NCBI GenBank assembly: GCA_039621445.1
Contig: CP154954.1
Span: 2,914,001-2,978,000, forward strand
Source: Euglena gracilis
Lineage: Eukaryota
Direction of reading: 5' to 3'
Length of the DNA: 64,000 bases
Position 1 is the first letter of the stretch. Each line of letters begins with the position of its first letter. Made by a program: the position numbers and the translations under genes. The notes beneath the pieces are model-generated. The model was not told where the DNA came from. It worked only from the letters and a program-made list of their open reading frames with translations, and did not search any database. Shown here piece by piece: positions 27,513 to 39,789 of this stretch.

Positions 27513-27516
<4 letters not shown>
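27253..27516. mobile_element. Foldback element with telomere-like palindrome, embedded in a microsatellite
   Basis: Ends GGCAGCTCC...GGAGCTGCC; 45-bp perfect inverted repeat 27318-27362/27384-27428 built of TTAGGG/TTAGGC units; 21-bp stem 27465-27485/27491-27511. Confidence 0.75.
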
Positions 27517-27566
<50 letters not shown>

Positions 27567-27600
27567 GTGTATATATATAATATATATATATATATATATC
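27517..27600. repeat. (TA)n microsatellite
   Basis: Direct reading. Confidence 0.95.
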
Positions 27601-28792
27601 CTTATATATCCTTATATACAGGGACCTGTCACCTCCCTCTGTACTCACTAATTTGACAGGTGACAGTTTCCCGAAAATTGATAATTTACCGGGCACACTG
27701 TAGATTTATTGAATATGTTAAGGTTTTTCATCTGTGTACAAGGATTATATACAAGGATATACAAGAAAAAAATTGGGAGTTACCTAAGGAGCCCAATTGC
27801 CTGAGAGCATTGGACATTCACAGGTTGCCCCACTCTCCTCGTTTGTTTCAGGGTCTGCTCTTGCTTTTGGATTGTCCCATCCCTGATTGCCAGCAGAAGT
27901 CGGCAACCGCTGCTGCAGGATGGTTGCTGCCATGGAGTCTTATCCTTCCGCTGAGCCATGTCGCACCCACAATCTTTATATTGGGTGAACTAGGGCAGCT
28001 CTCAACACGTGCACTTCATTTTAGTTATGGTGAGGGCGCCAACTCCCCATTGTAGCCCTGATCTATGAAGCTCCCCACCTCTGTGAGGGGTCTCTGAAGA
28101 TTTTTTTTGTAGTTGCAAAACCTCAATTAGCTGCTTTTTTTGCAGTTTTTATGAAATGAATGAATGAATGCTGTTTTGACCAGTTTCTCTCCGCAAAAAA
28201 TATCACGGATTTTCCCATTTCTGCCTGGATGTTTGTTTGTTTGTCAATATGTGTGTCTGAGTGTCTGTATCTGTGTCTTTTGGACGTCTTCAGGGAAAAA
28301 GTGTGCAAAAGTGTGCTAAAAAAATGCAAAGAAAAATCCTGAAAAATAAAAAAAATGAAAAAATGAGAGATTTGGGAAAAAAGAATTAAAGGGAAAAACA
28401 CAAAAAAGCCATACAAATGCAAAACTCTTCCAAAAATGCAAAAAAGTGTGCAAAACGGAAGAAAATTTGCAAGTGAATGGAGGAGTACTGCTTTCCACTG
28501 CAGAAAAAGGGCAATTGACCACGCCAGGACCTCACCAGCAGGTGGGGCCCTGGTTTAAGGGTCTTTAGGTTGGGGTTTGGTTTGAGCTAGGGTTTGGGTT
28601 ACGTTCAGGTTTGTCGGTCGATGCCACATTTAATCCTATCTAATCCATGGCATAATCATCCTTGCCCTGATTCATAAAGCAGCAGGCAAGTCAAATCTGG
28701 ACAGCTGAAAGGGCGGTTTGGAAAATCAGATTCCTTGTTAAATCAGGGATTTCTTGAAGATTGGACTCAGGGGGGGGGGGGCACTCAGGGGG

Positions 28793-29235
28793 AAATTCCA
28801 CAGAAAAGGTTTGTCAAATAGGAGTAATGTGCGGTGTGTGTGCGTGTGCAATTTTTTTGTCGGCTTATGATGGGCCCTGGGGCATCATTTCTCGGCCTTT
28901 TTGCCTGTTCCCCGAGTGTTAACGACCCAAGGCATCGTTTTGCTTGGTAAATGGTTGGGGAGCGATGGCAAAGGTTGGCTGTTTCAAAGGGAAAATGGGC
29001 ACCGAGCCCGCCAATGCTTTTTCAGGGTCGCTCTTTTGTGTGACCGAACCTGAAAGAAACCAGCAGCATCGACCTCCCACACCTCCCCCTCGATCGAAAG
29101 TTTGTGATTTTTGCCCGCAGTATCGAAAATTCCACAGAAAAAAATTATCAAACGGGAGTAATGTCCGTGTGCGTGTGTGTGCACTCTTTTTCGGCTTGTA
29201 ATGGGCCCTGGGGCGTCATCCCTCGGCCTTTTTGG
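28793..29235 (+). repeat. Pair of ~115-bp diverged direct repeats (28793-28905 and 29127-29235)
   Basis: AAATTCCACAGAAAA...GGAGTAATGT...ATGGGCCCTGGGGC...CTCGGCCTTTTTG occurs twice. Confidence 0.85.
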
Positions 29236-29504
29236 GGGCGGGTTTGTTGTTATTTTGTTTTTGGCTCGAGCTCAAAGTGAGAGATGGCGTGAAGTGGTGC
29301 ACCCACAGTACCCCCCCCCCTCCACACCCCCCACACCTTACCCCCCCCCTGCTGCTACCCCACACACACCCCTTCGCTGCCACCCCCCCCCTGCCACCCT
29401 ACACTTGGACCTCATTGAATGCCAAGCTTTTGGCATGCAATTAACTTTTTGTGGGCACCTTTTTTGGCGTCATTTTTTGACACCAGCCTCGTCTGGGGGA
29501 GGGG

Positions 29505-29912
29505 CAGGGTTCGATATAAGGAGGGCGTACATGGTTTAGGTGGGGGGTGTCCCCCCCACCCCCCCCTCCTGGCCCGCAGGGGGGGTCCGGACCACCCCCC
29601 CCACCTGCAAGGGGGGTCCGGACCGACCCTCGGGGGGTACCCGGGACCCCCCCCAAAAAGGGTCAATTTTTTCCTCCGGCGCTTTGCGTCGATTTTTTTT
29701 TGCATTTTTGGCCAATGTTTGCCCAAAAAGTGCCCAAAATGGCACTTTTGGTCGTTTTGGGGGTCAAAAATTTTCGGCCCGGCGCTTCGCGCCGGGCCAA
29801 AAATCGATCACCCTGACCGCGCCACTGTTTAAGGGGGGGGTGTCAGCCCCCCCCCCCTCCTGGCCTGCAGGGGGGGGTTCGGACCCCCCCCCTCTCCTTA
29901 TATCAAACCCTG
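29505..29912 (+). mobile_element. hAT-type MITE (408 bp)
   Basis: TIR CAGGGTTCGATATAAGGAG...CTCCTTATATCAAACCCTG; TSD GGAGGGG (7 bp; length uncertain because of G-runs). Confidence 0.85.
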
Positions 29913-30893
29913 GGAGGGGATGCCCCCCAGAACAAAAATGGCATCACTACTCTGTGCAAGGTCAGGCTCAAATGTCTTTTTGCGTTCCATTTTTTTGAGA
30001 TCTTCCGTTCATTTCCATGTGTCTTGCCATGCTCTGGCAAATTGGTCACCTGAGCCTCCACAGAGCCTCTGAGGAGCCGCTGTGGAGGCTGGTTGTTTGG
30101 AGCCTTTGCGGAGCCTCTGTGGAGACTGGTTACCCAGATCCTCCACGGAGCCTCCACGGGGGCTCCGCGGAGGCAACCCAAAAAAAATGCACGATTCAGA
30201 TTTTGTTGTCGAGCCATCCCTTACTCGAACTGTCTAACCCTAACCCAAACATTCATTGAAACATTAGAATCACAATTGCGCAAACGGTGCCTGTGAAGGC
30301 TTGTAAAGACAATTTGCGCGAACCAGTTGTTACCACAAAGCTTGCACATCCGCAATTCTGCCAGCAATCCACTGAAAATTATTGTTTTTCACGTCATATG
30401 GCATGAGAAAGAAGAACCAAAGTCCTGAGTGTACTGATTGGGAACGTCCACGCTTTGCCATCCAGCGGGGACACCGCGATGTCGGTGATGCTGCACGAAG
30501 TCCGCCAGGACTGAGTGCACTGGGCGCCTGGCCACCAGCGGGATGTAGCACAGCACCCTCTCCACGGAAGGGCACTTTGGGTACTCCGGGATGGCCACCA
30601 GGGTCGTCTGCACGATGGCCACGATGGCTATGGCGGTGCAGTCCTGGGTGCGGACAGGTTCATAAGGGGTGGAGCGCATCTGGTGCTTCCAGAAGTTGTC
30701 GTACCACAGCACGCAGACTTTCCCCGCCCTCTGCTGCCGCAGTTCCACCCGACACCCGTCCACTCGCTCCTCGTGACGACTGATTTCAGTCGGGTTCAGT
30801 CAGGTGGATGCTGCCGGGACTCAGGTGTCTGCTGAATGACTCCTTCATCTGCATTGGACGTCCTCAGGGGCCACGATGGGCTGTTGCGCCATA

Positions 30894-32077
30894 CAGGTTG
30901 CCAACACAAAAAACATACCCGCCAAAAAGCAAATTCCCCTTTCCATTTTGTCCCCAGTTGCTCTCATGCCCCCAAAACTGAGCACTGCCGACAGAGCGGC
31001 TTTGCGCAAGCGCGTGGAGACGTATCTCTCTTTTGTTCCACCCTGGTTGCTCAATAAGATTGCAAAATCACGAGAAAATATCCAAAGCTACAGTGCAAGG
31101 TATATACCCGGCTTGTACACAATTCACACCAGCCACTTATCCCAGGTATGGCATCCAGATTCAAAGAACGTTGCACGCTTGATCGCAAAGTTGGATCGGG
31201 ATCCAATCAGCAAAAGGCAAAGAAATATTCAGCACGGTGTGCGACGTTTGCAATAAATTATATTCCATTCCGAAATTCCCACAGGTTTCGAAGAGGTATA
31301 TTAAAAATGGCAATGAAAAACCCTTTTTGGAGTTGCAAACAAATCGCCGACGAGCATTTCCTCCGAGTTAGCACCGCATTGTTAGCCCGCCCAGCAGGGG
31401 CAGTGGTTAAGGCGTGTTTGTCAATCGTTATGCTTATGCTTTTTTTGTGTGAATTTCAGATACCGCCAATTCAGAATTCATCCGTACAATCCTACGGAAG
31501 GCGGGCTTGTGCTGCCAAACCGCAGCAAGGAAGCCATTACTGTCCTCGGTGAACAAGCGGAAACGCCTGGTGTTTGCACGCCAATATCCATTGTGCAGGA
31601 CTGCGGGCTACCGCTTCCAGCAGGACGGGGCTTCTCCCCACCGTGCGCGGAGTACCACAGCGTGGATGAGGTGGAAGCGAGTGCTGCACTTCAACGGAGG
31701 GGTTTGGCCACCACAGTCGCCAGACCTTAACCCCATTGAACATTTGTGGCCCATGGTGCTGCACAAGTTGCGTGGGCATGCGTTTGCGGGCAAAGACCAG
31801 TTGTGGTTGGCTTTGCAAGCTGCCTTCGCAGAAATCTCCCCCGAACAGGTCAAAGCATTTTATGACAGCATGCCTAACTGCATGCGGGCTGTCATTGCGG
31901 CTCGCGGTGGACAAACCCGCTACTGACCTTCCCATACCCCGCCCTTTTGCATGACGGTTGCATTCGCGGCAAATCCAGCGCTTGATTGGCCGCATTGCTG
32001 CTGATAGCTTTACTCACCAGATGGGGGGTATGTTTTTTGTGCTGTCAGGGGGGTATGTTTTTTGTGTTGGCAACCTG
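30894..32077 (+). mobile_element. Tc1/mariner-superfamily DNA transposon (DD37E spacing), internal-deletion derivative
   Basis: 27-bp perfect TIR CAGGTTGCCAACACAAAAAACATACCC...GGGTATGTTTTTTGTGTTGGCAACCTG; TA TSD (30892-93, 32078-79); transposase remnants inside. Confidence 0.95.
30966..31926 (+). pseudogene. Tc1-like transposase, intron-containing, first catalytic D region deleted
   Basis: Removing GT-AG introns 31022-31058, 31100-31145 and 31237-31284 gives MPPKL...ISKATVQGMASRFKERCTLDRKVGSG...NPFWSCKQIA. Then IRTILRKAGL..AARKPLL..RLVFARQY is joined directly to FQQDGASPH...WPPQSPDLNPIEHLW...ARGGQTRY*. Confidence 0.88.
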
Positions 32078-34622
32078 TAGGGCAGTCGCGGTGGCGCACT
32101 GTATGGTACAGGGGCATCCCGCAGCAGCAACTCTTGGAATGTTTGTGCTATGTTCTTTTGTGCAATTGCGCAAAGGAACATGGATTTTATCGCATCAGAG
32201 AACTTTTGCCGGCACAACAGAATAAGAGCGTTCGATTTGGCACCATCTCAGCTTAATTTGCATAACGGGACAATTACTCAGGATGCGTGGAAAAAATCTG
32301 CTCATTACAACCCAAAGAATGATTTTAACAACAGAAGCTCGGGCATTTTCTGTTGACAGAACAGTGGTGGAGTACACGTGCTAGGTTTCAAAGGATGGTG
32401 CATTTCCGCAGTGGTTCAGTTGCAAATGAATAGTCAGTCTGTTCAACCCGACTTTTAGCGGAAGAAGAAACCCGTCGCTGTTCTGATCACATCCCGTAAT
32501 TGTGAGGCCAATCAAACAGAAAGTTGTTTTTTTCTTGCTCTTCATCCACACACTATGCATGAGCTCTTTTGATCCTCCTGCAACAGACACAGAATCCATG
32601 CCAGTGTAAGGTCCAAATCGTGACACCGTCAAAATCGCCCACCCCCTGCCATGGCTCCCAGCTCCCTGGGGGAAGGTGCAAGCTTCCTTCAAAAATCTTG
32701 GAAGGGTCATTCGTCAGTGAAGAGGCAATACACAACACAGCAACAGAAAATAGACGCCGACACACCAGCGTTGAGGCAGAAGTTGACGCCATCCCAGCTC
32801 AAGCAAGGTCAGGTATTTTGATATGTCTACATTATACTGCTGCTCCGACAGCGCCTGGGTTAAGTAGTTCTGCAATAAAATTGGCTAGGTGGTCCTGACC
32901 TCCCCCACCGGTACAGGTAAGCGCTTTTTTTTTTATTACAGGACGAACCCCCCCCCCCTTCACCAGAGTTGGTAAACAGAAGCCTGCTAGGCATCCTCCC
33001 CCCAGAGTTTGGTAAAAAGGAGCTTGGAATTATTTCCCATCTTTCCCCCTAATTTTTCCCTGTGGGGATGTAGCTTACGCCTGGTCCAGTGGAGAGCTGC
33101 TGTGCAATGTCCAACCCCTCTCCGACGCGCGGCTCATTCACGTGCATATGATGCCTGTCATGGCCCTGTTATATGTTTTCTCTCCCAGAGAACAGAGTGC
33201 GATTGGTGGGCAACCTAACATGCCTTTTGAGCGCTCTCCTTCCTTGCAACCAGACCTGACTTGGAAATGGGGGTGGTGGTGGTGCTCTGGTTAGTGGCGG
33301 TTTGCAGAGGCTGGAAAAAAATGTCCGTGAGGTTTTTCCAACCCATTCTGGCTGGAAGGTGTAAAGTTGCAGCAAGGGCATGATGCAGAATTTCCAAAGT
33401 TTTGGAGCTTGGTTGCAGAAAGACGTTTCCAGAAATGGGTCGAAGAATTGGCCGTCACCCCCCTCTCAGTAAGCTGTCATGACCGAGAACCTGTCAGCAG
33501 CCCACCAGCGAAACTGCCAGGTCCCCAGGTACTGGCCAACATGTCGAGGTCAAAATTCAATGAAGTTCCTTTGAAAGACCCTGAGGTTGGAATCCCCCCC
33601 AGGGAGCCTGTTCTCTTCCCTCCATATTCGCCAACCTGTCTTCATTGGGGGCACCTGTCCTCCTCTCTCCCCGCACCTTGTCTCCCAACGATTGTTTGAA
33701 AATTTTCATTTTTTTCTTGAAGAAGCAGATTCCTGAGTTGAAAAAAACTCTGAACATTGCTTTCAAGCTTATCCCAAACTTGCGAAAAATTGTGTTGTCG
33801 GATTTTCTGTCTGCCGGCGGTCGAATTTTTTTTGACTTTTTTTCCCTGTCACCCAGCCCCACCCCTCCCCCCATTCCGTATTTGCTGACCTGCCTCCTAC
33901 ATCGATGCTTGCTGATTTGTCTGGGGACATTTTCCGGAGTGGGGAGGCTGGGTAAAGATGGAACCAAGGGGCAGGAAAGGATGGCGTGAGATCCTCTCCC
34001 AACGCTTTCCAGCTTGCTGAGGCTTCCTCAGGCTGTCTGCGAGGTGACCCACCCCAGAGTGTATTTTCCCAACTGGTTATTTTCATGTGAGGGAGGTGGC
34101 TGACCGATGTGATGATTTTTTTTTTAAATCTCTGAGCGACTGACTCGTTTGTCACCCTCTCTCATGCTGAAGTGGTGGCTTCTGTCTGCAGGAATTATTT
34201 TTTTTATCCCATTGTTCTCTCCCCTGTGCTGAAGTGGTGGTTTCTGTTTTGGCGAATTTTTTTTAATCCATTGTTTTCGTTCGAACTGAAAATGTCAGGA
34301 CATTAACGTGAGGCAGAAAAATGACTGCTGAAAATCTGGACAACTAGATGTTCCTCCAGCCAAATTTATTACGCAAGCATTCATACACTGGCGCCTTATT
34401 GGCCGCATTTCACCCGTATTTTGGCGTGTCAAGTTCAAGGGGGAGAAGGTGCAACCGAGGGGGGGGGTGCCTCCTTGGATAGCACCCAGAATTCCGCTCC
34501 CCACCCCTTGGTTTGTGAGAATCAGGCTCCTGGGCACCACATTAGGCACACTGACGGGTTTGCTACAGCACCACTCAGAAAATGTGCACATTTTGGCACT
34601 GAACTTCCAACTTCCTCCAGGT

Positions 34623-34879
34623 CAGGGGTTTTTTTTGTCGTGGACCCCCGGGAGGGGTAGGGTGGGTGGGTCCGGCTGAGCCCCCCCCCCCCCCCGGGTC
34701 CCTAGGGGGGAGTGGGATATACTTTTCGGTGCCGAAGGCGCCGAGAGTTTTTGAAAAGGTGCTATTTTTGGAATTTCCCGCAATTTTTGAGTGGCTCCGA
34801 ACCCCCCCCCCCCCGGGGGGGGCCAGGGGGTGGGTGGGCGCGGGGGACCCCCCTCCCCCCGGTCTTAAAAAAACCTCTG
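34623..34879 (+). mobile_element. hAT-type MITE (257 bp)
   Basis: Ends CAGGGGTTTTTTT...AAAAAAACCTCTG; TSD CTCCAGGT/CTCCAAGT (CTCCAGGT in unit B, where the left half is deleted). Confidence 0.8.
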
Positions 34880-35045
34880 CTCCAAGTTCATTGGCCCAGT
34901 CCGGATTGCCCGGCACCCAACACCACCCCCTCCCCCCCAAACCCGGGTCAAGCATCTCCCTGCCCTACGGTCTGGAGCCTGCCCTGCGCAGCCAAACCCA
35001 GGCTTCAGTGGCCTGGTTAGGATTAACTGGCGTGGGGTTCCTGCC

Positions 35046-36413
35046 CAGACATTCATTTAGTGTGGTACACCAAGGTTGCCATTTTGTGGTTCACTGTGGA
35101 CACCAAAAATTTTTGTGGTTCACGTATGGACACCAAAAATTTTTTTGTGGTTCACCTGTGGACACCAAAAAATTTTTTGCGGTTCACATGTGGACACCAA
35201 GAAAATTTCCCACCGCCTGCTGACATTTGTATTGTTACCTTTCTCCTCAACAGCGGTGAAGCAATCTTCTTTGAACATGTTTGCCCAACAGCGTTCGCAC
35301 CATTTTGAGAGGAAAAGGAGCAATTAATTAACCCATCAAAAATTCACCCCCACCATCAAAAACAATGAAGTTTATCGGTGAACTTCACCGGTGAACTACA
35401 CCGCCGAAAGTACCCCCCCCCCCTGGTGAACATTGGAAGTTCGGCAGCCACCCCCCCCCCCTGGTGGTCGGACCCCCTCGGCATGGAAAAATGGGGACCC
35501 CCCTGGTCAGCCAAGCCCCTCGGCACGGCATGCCGAACCATACCAATGAATTTGGTATGGAATCCTTTGGGAAATTCCGGCTGTCCGCCACGGTGGACCC
35601 CCCCCCTGGGGGACTGACCCCCTCGGCACGGCAAAATGGGACCCCCCCCCTGGTTGCCGAGGGTCCTCGTCAGACGTGCCGAACCTCCATTCACCGGTGA
35701 AGTCCACAGCCGCCCCCCCCCGTACTGCCTAACCTCCCATGTTTTGCTGCCCGAAGGGCGGCGAGACAGTAGCGATATCCAAAAGCAAAAATAGCCCAAA
35801 AGTTCAATGAAAGTTGAATTCTTAAGTTTTTGACCATTCTTGTGATGAACTTCACTGGTGGGTTCGCCGTGAAGTTCACCGTTGGGTTCGGCAGAGGGGG
35901 GGGTGGAGGGGGTCCGGCCCTGGTGAATTTTCAAACGGTGAATTTCAGCTAGGGATCTGGAGGCTGACCTTCTCCAAAGAAAAACAAAACCTCTTTTCCC
36001 ATATCGAAAAGAATATGGGCATAAGTTTCGACCCGCATGTCAAAATAACTGAGATTGGTTGAATTATGATCCAAACATTGGAATGTGGTGTTCGGTTTGC
36101 CATCAATTTGGCAGCATCCAAAGGTTTCAGGTGCTGAAAAAAAGGGAATGTGCTTGCGATGCCAACTATTCAATACAGGACTCGCACTGTCACAACACAT
36201 GAGAATTGAATTTTTTTTCCATCCTCAATCAAGTTCTGGCGCAACAAAAATTTTTGTGGACACCAAATTTTTTTTGTGGTTCACATGTGGACACCAAAAA
36301 ATATTTTGTGGTTCACCTGTGGACACCAAAAATTTTTTTGTGGTACACCTGTGGACACCAAAAAAAATTTGTGGTTCACACGACTTATGTGAACCACACT
36401 AAATGAATGTCTG
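35046..36413 (+). mobile_element. Non-autonomous hAT element (1368 bp) with ~30-bp subterminal tandem repeats
   Basis: 21-bp perfect TIR CAGACATTCATTTAGTGTGGT...ACCACACTAAATGAATGTCTG; perfect 8-bp TSD TTCCTGCC; empty site TTCCCGCC at 45263-45270; GTGGTTCACCTGTGGACACCAAAAATTTTT arrays at both ends. Confidence 0.95.
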
Positions 36414-36665
36414 TTCCTGCCTAGCGGGCACTTCGCAGCCCTCTCGCCTGCAGTCACCACACACACAGTCGCACCGTTTGGCCCCTTTTGGCCAATTTTG
36501 AATTGGTCAACTCACACCACAAGCAGAGAGAGAAGACGGCAGGGTTGCTTCGCCGGATTGCAAAATGCTGTTTCCTGGCCCGAAATCCCCCCCCCTTGTG
36601 TGAATGGCACCGCACCCGCGGTGGTTTCAATACTTTTGCTGCACCAACTGTCCCCTTGTCTGGAC

Positions 36666-36976
36666 CAGGGCGGTCTTTAAGGGACAGAAAAAAATTTTTT
36701 TTTCCTTAAGGACCGCCCCCCTTTCGGCCAAAGGGCCGACCAAGGGCCGGACTGGGACTTGAACGGGGTCCAAAATTAAAAAGTCCAAAAAACACAGTTT
36801 TTGATGATTTGGGTGGATGGGCGATGGTCCAAGGATGCCAAGAACCAGTTTTTTTCCCTGGTGTCGACCTGTTCTCACCGAATAATGCCAAATTTATTTG
36901 CCCATTTTCCTGTATATTTTTATTGAGTCTGCTGGGACAGCGGAGTTTTTTTTTTATTTGCTTAAGGACCGCCCTG
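36666..36976 (+). mobile_element. hAT-type MITE (311 bp), same family as 5322-5641
   Basis: TIR CAGGGCGGTCTTTAAG...CTTAAGGACCGCCCTG; perfect 8-bp TSD GTCTGGAC; absent from unit B (~45499). Confidence 0.93.
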
Positions 36977-37646
36977 GTCTGGACTGGAGACAGCGCTTGG
37001 TTTTCCTGGATTTGCTCTTTCGGGTTCCATTCACAGGGGTGAGGCTGGACGGGGAAAGGAATGGTGTTTTGTTGTCTGCTTTAATTCTTCAGATATGAAA
37101 TATTTGATTCTGGACGATGTATTGTAATGAATGGACGATGCATTCTCTGATGAAACTCTGAATAATGTATTCTGAAAAGTGGTGTCACCAGAATTTCGGC
37201 GAAAATCAAAATTCTTTTCCAGATGTTCACCCAAAGAAACATCAGCCACCCGTTCTGAAGGCTTTCCCCAACTCTTCAGCAATTATGAAAAATGTTTTGC
37301 TAATACTTGTGATGTTCAATTTCTACGTTCGTGCGCTGTTCTTTTTTGCCTCCATGCAGGCGGACCAGCATGCAACCTACAGTTGGCATGCTGGGGTGGG
37401 CAGGACCACCACTGAACACTGCTCAAGCGGAAGCATTGCTCGCTTCAATCAGAAACGATTCCTCCAAATGTCCTCAGAATTAAGTCACCAGTTTTTTTGG
37501 AGAGAGCTAATTCTTTTCGCACCGACCTACCCCCATGCTTTTTTAAGTTTTCTGGTGATGTGATTTATTTGTAATTGGAAAAGTAATTTTTCCTTCTTGG
37601 TGATGATGTGAAACGAAGAGAATCGTTTTTCAACGGCGTAAAAGCA

Positions 37647-37897
37647 TAGGGATCCTTCCACTTCCTAAAAAGGAAATTAATGAAATTCATGGAGGATCAC
37701 GGAAAAAAGGCGCGAGGCCATTTTTACAGAAATCACAAAAATTCACGGATATTCACGGATGAGGCAGAGGGATATGATTTGATATGGAATATGGTTTTTG
37801 ACTTTTTAAAAAAAATAAAAAAGGAAATAGACGGAAAATCACGGAAAATCACGGATACATTTTGGCCTCGGCCAGCACGGAAACCGGAGAAACCCTG
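37647..37897 (+). mobile_element. Old hAT-like MITE with AATCACGGA subterminal repeats (also in unit B ~46157-46414)
   Basis: Ends (C/T)AGGGATCC...GAAACCCTG, flanks AAAAGCA/AAAGGCA; repeated ATCACGGA/TTCACGGA motifs. Confidence 0.5.
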
Positions 37898-39789
37898 AAA
37901 GGCAATGCACAGGCACTGGGGTGGCAAATTGCAAATTTTGCATATGAATATGAGACAAGCCAACCCTGTGCTGCCACTGTGCCAACCCATGTGGTTCTGT
38001 CTCTCTTGCCTCTCCCCCACCAGTATTGGCTTTTTTTTTTGACCCATTAGCGCCCCGCCCTGTGCCACGCGTGGCCTGTCCACCGTGCCAGGACAGCCGG
38101 TCTTGCTGAGAACCCCAGCCACTCCTCGAATCCGCAGGGGAAATTTCCCTTTCCGAGGATTCTGGGCAGCAATGTTGGCTCCCTTCTGCGATTACTTCCC
38201 TTTGGCCTCTCCCCATCCGATGGACGGTGTGGGCCACACTTGTTATTTCACACCAACATAAAACAGGGCACCACTGTGTCGACACGGTCGTCAGGACACC
38301 GCAGCAAGGTCAGGCATTTAGTATCGGTAGTAGTAGGGCCTTGCGATACCTTGGGTTTTGTGTCCGTCGCAAAGTTGCTCATCAGAATTGTGCAAAATCA
38401 GCAGATTAGTTTTTTTTTTGGAGGAAAGGAGAAGGTGGATCGGTCGTCCACGCCACCAGGCAGATGCTGATAGTGTCCATGGAAAAATCAATGTGAGGTT
38501 GTTTCTGGGGACCTCCGCAACTCCTCGGGGACATTGACGCCCCCCCCCCAAATGAATTGTCAAAAATCTATTTCCGGCCCGACTGTATTGACCCTGAGTG
38601 CACCTCAGTCTTGGGGGGGGTTCCAGTGACCCAAACTTTCTCAGACACCATCACCTGCATCAAACCCTACAGGATACCCAGAGATCCCACCAAACAGGAC
38701 AGATTCTCCCTACTGGCTTTTCACGTCAGTTTTCTTTTTTTTTTGACAAAATGTTTCCTCCAAAAAGTCTGATGGACACCAATAACCCGAAATGCTGTAA
38801 TTTTTTGTTGTCCTCTGAAATAGAAGCCATTTGACACCAAATTACTTTTCCAAAGCGCATTGAATAGATCCATGGATGTTTTTTGGATACTGCCAAGGTG
38901 CCAAAAAAGATTGGCCCAGAAAGTTTACAGGGGGTCAGTCCAAACCCCATCCTCCCAAGGGGTAGGTGTCTAATCCATGCCAGTCACCTGGCCTGGGCAA
39001 TTGGGACGACGGTTTGTTGGCGTGGCTGGCCCCACATTATCTTCCCCTCGCCCTCGGCGGCACCCCAAAACCAAACCTCTCCCACCCCCCTCCCCTGGTG
39101 TCTGCTACAGCTGCCTGTGGCCTGCAAGGTGCTGCCTTCATGTTTGACCGACGATGACAGCACCAAAGCAGTGACATTGGCCAGGCGTCTTCGACGTTGG
39201 GCAGACAGTGTGGTGAGGCAGGCTTACTGAGCTTCAAAGTGAGTGGCCCTTTGTGCAGAATGTGGTGAGACCACGTACACCTCCAGGCGGATTGCCTCCC
39301 AAAAAACTGATTGAAACATTCACAATTTTGCACATTTATTGCTTATTATGGGTTGTTGTTGGAGATAGGTATTAATGCAGGGGGGGGGAAATGCAACTTG
39401 CATAATTTGCATTTTTTTGCATAATCGGCTTTTCCCGAAATTTGCATTTTTTTGCATTTTTTTGCATTTTTTTGCATAAAATATTTTGTCCTGGAAAATT
39501 TTTTTTTGTTGTTGGTCGCCATGGTCCGTGGTCCCTCTGCAGTTGCCTGGGGTCTTTGATACTTTCACCCTATTAAAAGGCAGCTTTGCAGAGGAGTGGA
39601 TGTTTTCCGAGCTTGTTTTTGTCATTTCAGCTTGCATCATGGCCGACACTCAAGTGGAAGCAATTCTGGAAGGAGGTTTGGTGGACGAGGGTGAAGTCCC
39701 CCCTGAAGAAGAAGAAGAAGAAGAAGAGGAAGATTCACGTCAAAAGAAGAGGAAGTTCAATTACGGAGCGAAGTCAACTCCAAGCTCCC

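Larger units (their letters stand above)
30330..32380 (-). pseudogene. 'CVLWYDNFWK' family pseudogene copy split by the Tc1-like element
   Basis: 30763-30389 encodes ..QQRAGKVCVLWYDNFWKHQMRSTPYEPVRTQDC..IPEYPKCPSVE. The upstream part (..AQTFQELLLRDA..) resumes beyond 32078. Homologous to 9623-10690. Confidence 0.65.

Noticed and set aside
35085-35200. ~30-bp repeats resembling a CRISPR array
   Set aside because: No unique spacers and no cas genes; they are subterminal repeats inside a TIR/TSD-bounded element.
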